This document shows positions 27,900 to 34,403 of a stretch of 64,000 nucleotides of DNA, in pieces. The stretch covers positions 60,173 to 124,172 of the forward strand of contig JBEIQS010000002.1 of the NCBI GenBank assembly GCA_040376425.1. Direction: 5' to 3'. The stretch is from Alphaproteobacteria bacterium (GTDB taxonomy: Bacteria; Myxococcota_A; UBA796; SXON01). The notes beneath the pieces were generated by a model, which saw only the letters and a program-made list of their open reading frames with translations, did not search any database and was not told the origin of the DNA. A program made the translations under genes and the position numbers. Positions within the stretch are counted from its first letter, which is position 1. Each line of letters starts with the position of its first letter.

Positions 27900-29340
27900 G
27901 TTGTACTGCCCGGGAAAACCGAGGCCCTCCCATAGGGGACTCTCGGAATCGCATGGGGACCCCAGCATGTGTCCCACCGCGCACCCCTACGCAAAAAACC
28001 AACTGTTGCTTTAAGCCAAGGCGGCGCCCCCCGCTTCAGGGGCAGCCCATGCCCTATTGGACCGCCACCGGCACCCCCGCCGCCGCTTTCCTTACCCAGC
28101 AGCAAAAAGAGCAAACGCACGTCCTTTCCCGACGGGCTACGACATGGCCCCCCGGGCCGTGGCCCCCGCAGCTCCTTCAACCAACAACACTGCCTTCCGA
28201 CAGCGTCCGAACGGCCCCTTTCCCCACCCCGCTCCCTCTTCTCAGCCAACATCCCCCCGCTCCCGACATCCTCCCAAAAACCCGGAAAACCAGGCAAGGC
28301 GCCGCCCAGCAACACCCGGCACCACCCCCTCCCCCCGGTTTTCCCTCCAAACACTACTCCACTCACGACAAGCCCGCACCCGCTCCTCCAAATGCGTGCG
28401 GGGGCGTTCATTTCGGAGCTGCGTCCACCCCCTCCCACCCCCGCGGCCCTCCCCATCCGCGTTTTCCCGGCCAACACTGTTGGCTAACGACGCCCCGGAG
28501 AGTCCCCCGGAAATGGCTCCCCCCGTGCCCATTTCCAGCTCGGCCGCAGCCCCCCTCTTCCGACCCACTGAGGGCTTTTTCGGCAAACGCAAACTACTTA
28601 CGACAGCCCTGATCCGGCCCTCCAAATGGGCTCTCCCGTGCCCATTTGGCGCCCCTCCCCACCTGGCCCCCGCCCCTCACCCCGCCGGGGGGGGACCCCG
28701 CCAAAGGCCGTCCAGACCCCTGTCGTAAGCACTTTGCGTTTGTCAGGAAAACCACACCCTGGTCAGAATGGTCGGGCCGGTTAGGATGTGGGGGAGGGCA
28801 GACCCCGGCGCCACCCTCCCCAGCCCCGGCGGGAGTCCCCCTCCCGAAATCCGCCCCACCCGCACGGATTTCCAAAAAGCCATCGCGATGAAAAAATCGT
28901 TTGAATGGAAAACCAACCCCCGGTCAGAATTGTGACCAAGGCGGGAGCCACCAAAGCCCCGCTGGCGGCGTGCCGCAAAGCCCCTTCTCCCGCGCCCATT
29001 TCCAATCTTCAGGTCGCTTTTCGTCGTAAGCAGAATCCACTTGATCGGAAAACCGACCCCGGCCGCCTCACCCAGCCCTCCCACACCGCGTCGCAAGGCA
29101 AATGCAGTCCGTTTTGCCGCAGCTCTGCAGGCAAAATCCCTGCGTCGTCAGGCAGAGGGGTTTTCCGCGCTCGCGTCCACCTCTGACCCCGGCGGCCCCT
29201 ACCGGGAGTGCGTCGTAAGGCACATCTGTCACGTTTTCCGGCCCCCACAGAGGGAAGCACCCCGGGGCGAAGTGGACTCCCGAAAAAGACCTTCCCGGTC
29301 AGAAGGGGCGGGATAAAAGACCCATCCCCTGCCGAGGAAG
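27900..29340. repeat. ORF-poor, C-skewed region dense in short repeated motifs (GGAAAACC/GGTTTTCC, GTCGTAAG/CTTACGAC, GGTCAGAA, GAAAT-stem hairpins)
   Basis: Exact GGAAAACC at 27913, 28284, 28746, 28907 and 29047. Exact GGTTTTCC at 28337 and 29159. GTCGTAAG at 28722, 29023 and 29212. CTTACGAC at 28597. GGTCAGAA at 28761, 28922 and 29297. Confidence 0.75.
28584..28742. repeat. 23-bp inverted repeat pair (21/23 complementary) flanking 113 bp
   Basis: 28584-28606 is caaacgcaaactacttacgacag. 28720-28742 is ctgtcgtaagcactttgcgtttg, whose reverse complement is caaacgcaaagtgcttacgacag. Confidence 0.8.
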
Positions 29341-29342
29341 CC

Positions 29343-30179
29343 ATGAAGGAAGGTCAGCCCAGCACCACCGCCGAAGCCGTCGCGTTTTGGCGGGCCCTGG
29401 AGCAGCACTATCCCCCCGAGCGTCGCATTTTGGATGATGGTTGGGCGCATCATTTTATGACCCGGCACACGCGCGCACTTCTAAAAATGAACGGTAATCC
29501 TTGGATTATTTCTCAATCTGACCATGTTTTTGGTCTGGGGACGATGGTCTACACGCTGCTGAGGCATCGCTGGATGGACCTTGCTTTTGAGCGTGCGGCC
29601 GGGCCCTTGGAACAGGTGCTGATTTTAGGTGCCGGCTACGATATGCGGGCCTTTCGCCTAAATTTTGGCGATGCGAAGGTCTTTGAGATCGATCATCCGG
29701 CCACCGGTGGCCGCAAAGCCCGCAAGGTGGCCACCTTGGGGCGCCCGGATCCTGTCCATCGGATCTCCGTGGACTTTTCAACCGAGAACCTCGCGCACGC
29801 TCTGGAGCGCGCAGGCTTTCAAAAAGACCGTAAATCCTGGTTTTTCTGGGAAGGAGTCTCTATGTACCTGCCGGAAGCGGCGGTGCGCTCCACCCTCACG
29901 GTTTTGTCCTCCTGGGGTTGTGAGGGGGTGCTGGACCTCTACGCGCCTCTGGAACATCCCGGTCTGGGTGGCTTCTACCGCCGTACCCTGCCCAGAGTGG
30001 TAGAACTCGTGGGAGAACCTGTCGATTTCCTCCTCCGTCCCGAACATGGCGAAGCCTTCGCCCGCGAGCTGGGCTTCCGCGTGCAGGCACTGGCAACCCA
30101 CCGGGATCTCCGCCTCCTTTCCCCACGCCCCGCCGCGCCCAACGAGAGCGGCTGGCTGATGCACCTGGTCCCCGCCTGA
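29343..30179 (+). CDS. Class I SAM-dependent O-methyltransferase, LCM (leucine carboxyl methyltransferase, PF04072/TIGR00027-like) family
   Basis: Trimmed to ATG 29343. Motifs VLILGAGYDMRAFRL, VFEIDHPATGGRKARKV and WFFWEGVSMYLPEAAV match my recollection of the LCM family. Confidence 0.7.
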   Translation: MKEGQPSTTAEAVAFWRALEQHYPPERRILDDGWAHHFMTRHTRALLKMNGNPWIISQSDHVFGLGTMVYTLLRHRWMDLAFERAAGPLEQVLILGAGYDMRAFRLNFGDAKVFEIDHPATGGRKARKVATLGRPDPVHRISVDFSTENLAHALERAGFQKDRKSWFFWEGVSMYLPEAAVRSTLTVLSSWGCEGVLDLYAPLEHPGLGGFYRRTLPRVVELVGEPVDFLLRPEHGEAFARELGFRVQALATHRDLRLLSPRPAAPNESGWLMHLVPA

Positions 30180-30208
30180 GCACTGCTCGGACCGCGCGCC
30201 CACCGCCC

Positions 30209-30246
30209 ATGCGCGCCCGCGCATTCCCACGATGCGCGCGCATCGT
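30209..30246. promoter_or_regulatory. Two adjacent GC-rich palindromes sharing the ATGCGCG half-site
   Basis: ATGCGCG-CC-CGCGCAT at 30209-30224, and the perfect 18-mer ACGATGCGCGCGCATCGT at 30229-30246. They lie 30 nt after the methyltransferase stop and upstream of peptide gene A. Confidence 0.4.
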
Positions 30247-30368
30247 CTGGCTACCCCTGACCTTGCAATAATCGGCCTTGGTCCGTTCGGGGGAGCCGGC
30301 ATGGCCCTTGCATAAGGGGAGTACAGCCGGATGAAGCCCGCTCCGGCCCACACCCAAGGAAGGACCCC

Positions 30369-30470
30369 ATGACCAAGCCCCTCTCGCTCACCGACTGCAA
30401 GCGCATCGTGACCCCCTCTGTCCGCACCGGCGTGCGCGCTGGGACTGGCAACGGTCGCTTCCGCTTCTAA
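30369..30470 (+). CDS. 33-aa peptide A (MTKPLSLTDCKRIVTPSVRTGVRAGTGNGRFRF), candidate modified-peptide precursor
   Basis: Hand-translated. ATG is 4 nt after AAGGAAGGA, with a TAA stop. A paralogue lies 231 nt downstream with synonymous-biased divergence. Not in the ORF track because it is under 60 aa. Confidence 0.6.
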   Translation: MTKPLSLTDCKRIVTPSVRTGVRAGTGNGRFRF

Positions 30471-30479
30471 CAAAAATCT

Positions 30480-30516
30480 CTGCGGGAGGGAGAGCCCCTC
30501 TCCCGCAGCTTTCTTC
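30480..30516 (+). terminator. Hairpin plus pyrimidine/T-rich tail after peptide gene A
   Basis: ctgcgggag (30480-88) pairs with ctcccgcag (30500-08) and is followed by ctttcttc. Confidence 0.45.
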
Positions 30517-30599
30517 ACCAGGGTGAGAGCCCCACCCCGGTGAGCCCAACCTGCAAGAGCCGAGAGCCCCGGCTCCTGCTTCCCCCCTCCGAGGATCCC

Positions 30600-30701
30600 A
30601 TGCAAAAGCCCCTTTCGACGGCCGACTGCAAGCGAATCGCCACCCCCTCCGTCCGCACCGGTGTGCGTGCAGGAGCCGGCAACGGTCGCTTCCGCTTCTG
30701 A
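30600..30701 (+). CDS. 33-aa peptide B (MQKPLSTADCKRIATPSVRTGVRAGAGNGRFRF), paralogue of peptide A
   Basis: Hand-translated. ATG is 4 nt after GAGGA, with a TGA stop. 28/33 residues are identical to peptide A. Confidence 0.6.
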   Translation: MQKPLSTADCKRIATPSVRTGVRAGAGNGRFRF

Positions 30702-30708
30702 CCTTGGC

Positions 30709-30769
30709 GCGGGAGAGAGAGCCCCTCTCCCGCCCTCCTCTCCCCGGGGCGAGAGCGCCGCTCCGGGGA
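30709..30769 (+). terminator. Two consecutive GC-rich hairpins between peptide gene B and the oxygenase gene (attenuator/terminator candidates)
   Basis: gcgggagag (30709-17) pairs with ctctcccgc (30725-33). tccccgg (30741-47) pairs with ccgggga (30763-69), with an inner ggcg/cgcc pairing. There is no clear U-tract. Confidence 0.4.
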
Positions 30770-30851
30770 ACCCCCTTCATGTGCTCTGGCCGGTCTCGGC
30801 TCGGTGGCGCAGGTACCGGCCGGAGCCATCTCTTTCGGTTAACGGCAAACG

Positions 30852-32024
30852 ATGGAAGCGCTGGCGACTCACCTGAAGCAGTTGATGGCGGCACGGCAGC
30901 CCACGGTGCTCCACCGCAAGGCCCGCCTGATGCCCCCATCCTGGGCCTTTGACCTGGCACAAGCCGCTACGGAACGTAGCCTCGCGGGGGTGCCCGGTGC
31001 GCGCATGCGGCTGTACGGCAACGGCCAAGAGCTGCCGCTGAACGCGGCGCTGCTGCCCCGGGCCGGGGACGCCAACCTCGCCGGCTGGTTGGAGCGAGTC
31101 CAGCTTCGAGATCCCGGTTTGGTCGTGAACAATGTCCAGTGCCTCCGCCCGGAGGTCTGGCGCTGGGTGCGACAGCTTCTGGGAAACCTGTTTGCGCAGG
31201 AAATGCCCGCAGGCGGTTGCAGCCTGGAGATTTTCACCGGCCGCTATCGCCAGAGCTTCTTCGGCCTCCACAAAGACGACCAGGATGTGGTTACCTTTGT
31301 ACTGGAGGGGACCAAGGTATTTTACGTCTGGCCCTTTGAAGTATTCAGTGCGCTTGCGCCGGGCCTGCAGCCCCTGGGCAACCACAGCCTGCCGGAGGTG
31401 GACTGGCGCCAGCACCTGGATCTGGCCATGCGCCTGGAGGCGCGTCCGGGCGACATCGTCTACTGGCCTGCGGAGGCCTGGCATATCGCCGCAGCAGACG
31501 ATCCCGAGCTGCTCACCACCACCTTGGGCCTGGGTTTTTTCCGGGGCGGCAACCCTGCCCAGCTCTGCTCCGATGCGGTGACGGCCGCCCTCGCCGAGGG
31601 GGAAAGCCCCGAGCTTCCCCCCTTCCAGCGGGATGCCATTCCGCAGAGGGTGGAGCAAATTCTTGCCTTCCTCGCCCAAGCTTCGGTACGCGAGCGTACG
31701 GAGGAACAACTCCTCTCCTGGCTCACCGGCTACGGCTTTACCACCCTGCCAGAACCGGAAGAGCAGACCGAGGTTCCTCCGCGGTTTCGGGCCGTTGCAC
31801 GAGGGGGAATCAGCTCTCTCCCCCGTGGATCTCAGCGGGTGGTGGGCGCCTGTGGCCGCCTCTTCCACATTCCCGAGCACGCCTTCCTCGTCGATCTTCT
31901 GAATGCCCTGGCGTCGGGCGCCACCCTGCACCGCAATGCCTGGCAGCACGACGAGGTGGCCCCTGAAGTGGTGGACTGGCTGCTCGTGGAGCTGCTGTCG
32001 GTGAGCGCGATCGAAGCAGCCTGA
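30852..32024 (+). CDS. JmjC/Cupin_4 Fe(II)/2-oxoglutarate oxygenase, ribosomal-oxygenase (YcfD/RoxA)-like architecture
   Basis: GLHKDDQDVVTFVLEGTKVFYVW (HxD) is followed about 70 aa later by VYWPAEAWH. The C-terminal LLNALASGATL...VVDWLLVELL parallels the ALDALASN...winged-helix tail of E. coli YcfD as I recall it. Confidence 0.7.
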   Translation: MEALATHLKQLMAARQPTVLHRKARLMPPSWAFDLAQAATERSLAGVPGARMRLYGNGQELPLNAALLPRAGDANLAGWLERVQLRDPGLVVNNVQCLRPEVWRWVRQLLGNLFAQEMPAGGCSLEIFTGRYRQSFFGLHKDDQDVVTFVLEGTKVFYVWPFEVFSALAPGLQPLGNHSLPEVDWRQHLDLAMRLEARPGDIVYWPAEAWHIAAADDPELLTTTLGLGFFRGGNPAQLCSDAVTAALAEGESPELPPFQRDAIPQRVEQILAFLAQASVRERTEEQLLSWLTGYGFTTLPEPEEQTEVPPRFRAVARGGISSLPRGSQRVVGACGRLFHIPEHAFLVDLLNALASGATLHRNAWQHDEVAPEVVDWLLVELLSVSAIEAA

Positions 32025-32027
32025 GCG

Positions 32028-34298
32028 CTACTCCTGCCGCACCTCCACCGTCACTGTGGCGGTGCCGCCGCCCCCATCCATCACCATGATCTGATGGACG
32101 CCCGCGGCGGGAATCCACCACAGGCGCTCCCCGTTGCCCTGCCCCCACATCTTGCCGTCCACAAACCAGGTGTAGGGCGCGTCTCCGCCCACACTCTCCA
32201 GCGGCACCTCCTGATCGTCGGCGGGCATACCGGGGATCAGGCTCAGCACCATGCCGGGGGAGGGGGAGCGGATGCTGGGTCGCCCCGCCGGGGCCTCGCA
32301 ACCGATGGCCCACGGGGGCACTTCGGACTCCGAAGAAAATCGGCTTCCCAGCCATGCTTTGACCGTGGCGGGCCAGGCCACCCGCGACTCCACCCGGCTG
32401 GGGCCCTGCCGACAGGCGGGGTGTACCCGAAAGCCGCGGACATCGATCTCCACGTTTTTGTGGTAGGGACAGGCCTCCGTCGGTACTTTTTCGACCCGGG
32501 CCAATGCGGTCCGCTGCTCGCCGCAGGCGGTGCTCGGCGGGTGACCGGACAGTGCACAGACCCGTACCGGCACCAGCTCGGCCGGTGCCGGGTCTTCGGA
32601 GCGCACGCGGTCATCCAGTCCGTCCAGCAGGTCAAAAAGCAGGGGGGCCGCCACTTCCGAGCCGATCAGGTGGGAGGAGCTGGAGTTGTCGAGGTTTCCC
32701 AGCCAAACCACCACGGTGTAGCGCTCGCCGGAGCCCACGGCCCATGCGTCCCGGTTTCCAAAGGAGGTTCCTGTCTTCCAGTGGATACCTGCGGGCATGG
32801 CCACCGCCGCACGGGTGGGAAAGTCGGGTCGGTCCCGCAGCCGCAGGGCGCGCCGGGTCAGCCAGGCCGCTCCCGGCGAAAGTACAGGCGTTCCCTCCAT
32901 CTCTTCGCTGTTGGCCTGCCAGCGCAGGGGCCGGTAGTGCCCGTCTTCGGCCAGTGCCGTGTAGAGCCCGGCCAGCTCCAAAGGCGTCAGCTCCACCCCG
33001 CCGGCCACCAGGGAGAGTCCATAGTAGCCCGGGTTGCCGTTCAGGTGCTTCACCCCTCCCTTTCTCAGCATCCCCAAGAAGGGCTCCACCCCCACCTGCT
33101 GCAGCAGGTGGATGAAGGGCACGTTCAGGGAGCGCGACAGCGACTCCTCCAGGCTCACCATGCCCGACCAGGTTCCATCATAGTTTTCGGGGCTGTAGCT
33201 GCCGAAGTGTACCGGCGCATCGGGGACCAGGAAGCCCGGCAGCGCGATCCCGCGGTCGATGGCGGCCGCGTACACAAAAGGTTTGAGAGTGGAGCCCGGC
33301 GACCGGGGCTCGTCGAAGGACAGAATCTGTCCCCCATGCTCCCGGTCCCAGAAGTCGAAATTGCCCGCCAGGGCCCGCAGCTCCGCGCTCTTGTGGTCCA
33401 CCACCACCACCGCCACGTTGTGGATACCCTCCGCAGCCCGCTCGGCGCGCACCCGCTCCAGCACTTTTTCGACACGACGCTGAAGACCCCCGTCCAGGGT
33501 GCTCCGCAGCCGCGAAAGACCCGGCAATTTCCGGTGCATCCACAGGGCCGCATGGGGCGCCAGGCGGGGGATGGTCTGGATGCGGGCCGGAACCGGAGGC
33601 AGGGGATCGGTAGAGGGAGCATAGACCCCGGCCGCCTCCAGACGGTACAGAATCTCGGCACGCGCTGCCGTCAGGCGGGCCTCATTTTCCGGGCTGGGAA
33701 AGCGCCGGTTGGGGTCCTGCGGCACCGCCAGCAGCGTGGCCACCTCGGCGCGGCTCAGGTCTTTGGCACTGTGCCCGAAGTACCAGAACGAGGCGGCCTC
33801 GATCCCCTCCACGTTCCGCCCGAAGGGCAGGTAGCTGAGATATTGTTCAAGGATCGCCTCTTTGCCTAGACGGATCTCCAGTTGCAGCGCCCGGGTGGCC
33901 TCGATGGCCTTGGAGGTCAGCACCCGCGGTCGGGGCTCCAGCATCCGCGCCAACTGCATCGTCAAGGTGGAGGCCCCGGACACCACCCGTCCTCTGGCCA
34001 CATTGCTCGCCACCGCCCGGCCCACCGCGATCGGGTCCACCCCCATGTGCCAGGGGAAGCGCTCATCCTCCAGCGCGAACAGCGCCCGCAGGTAGTCGGG
34101 GTCCACATCCGCCCGCGTCGCCGGGATTCGCCACTTTTGATCCCCGGACAGAAAGACGTGGGCAGCGCTGCCGTCGCGGTACAGCACCACGGCGGAGTCC
34201 TGGCCCAACATCCGCGGGGGCAGCGGCCACAGCCAGGCGCCCAAGACGCTCAGGGAGAGCAGCAGCAGGGAGGCGACCAAAAGTCGGGGCGAAATCAT
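32028..34298 (-). CDS. pbpC: Penicillin-binding protein 1C (bifunctional transglycosylase/transpeptidase)
   Basis: Trimmed to ATG 34298. GT51 motifs EDERFPWHMGVD and GASTLTMQLAR, transpeptidase SPGSTLKP, and the PBP1C-type C-terminal domain. Downstream of the alpha-2-macroglobulin gene. Confidence 0.85.
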   Translation of the reverse strand: MISPRLLVASLLLLSLSVLGAWLWPLPPRMLGQDSAVVLYRDGSAAHVFLSGDQKWRIPATRADVDPDYLRALFALEDERFPWHMGVDPIAVGRAVASNVARGRVVSGASTLTMQLARMLEPRPRVLTSKAIEATRALQLEIRLGKEAILEQYLSYLPFGRNVEGIEAASFWYFGHSAKDLSRAEVATLLAVPQDPNRRFPSPENEARLTAARAEILYRLEAAGVYAPSTDPLPPVPARIQTIPRLAPHAALWMHRKLPGLSRLRSTLDGGLQRRVEKVLERVRAERAAEGIHNVAVVVVDHKSAELRALAGNFDFWDREHGGQILSFDEPRSPGSTLKPFVYAAAIDRGIALPGFLVPDAPVHFGSYSPENYDGTWSGMVSLEESLSRSLNVPFIHLLQQVGVEPFLGMLRKGGVKHLNGNPGYYGLSLVAGGVELTPLELAGLYTALAEDGHYRPLRWQANSEEMEGTPVLSPGAAWLTRRALRLRDRPDFPTRAAVAMPAGIHWKTGTSFGNRDAWAVGSGERYTVVVWLGNLDNSSSSHLIGSEVAAPLLFDLLDGLDDRVRSEDPAPAELVPVRVCALSGHPPSTACGEQRTALARVEKVPTEACPYHKNVEIDVRGFRVHPACRQGPSRVESRVAWPATVKAWLGSRFSSESEVPPWAIGCEAPAGRPSIRSPSPGMVLSLIPGMPADDQEVPLESVGGDAPYTWFVDGKMWGQGNGERLWWIPAAGVHQIMVMDGGGGTATVTVEVRQE

Positions 34299-34403
34299 CG
34301 GATTCTGCCTTATATATCGTTTCGATATATATTGAAACGAGACATAGTTCCTCTTCAACGGAGAAGGGAAAGCCCCCAAAGGGGGCCTCCCCTCCCACCG
34401 ATC

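Noticed and set aside
28057-28728. 223-aa Pro/Arg-rich ORF across the C-rich repeat region (also 27953..28612, 27969..28487 and minus-strand 27884..28477)
   Set aside because: The codons lack the strong third-position G/C bias of real genes here; there are many cct, cca, gca, aaa and ttt codons. Three overlapping frames are open simultaneously because the C-rich strand rarely makes stops. I therefore treat the region as non-coding repeat DNA.
27900-29340. Possibility that the repeat region is a CRISPR array
   Set aside because: There is no regular repeat-spacer periodicity and no 25-40-nt exact direct repeat. Motif orientation flips within the region, and no cas genes are in the window.
13471-30701. 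Idea that the C39-peptidase ABC exporter processes and exports the two 33-aa peptides
   Set aside because: The peptides have no Gly-Gly/Gly-Ala type leader junction in a plausible position and are only 33 aa. They lie 11 kb away on the opposite strand with many unrelated genes in between. I kept the two as separate observations.
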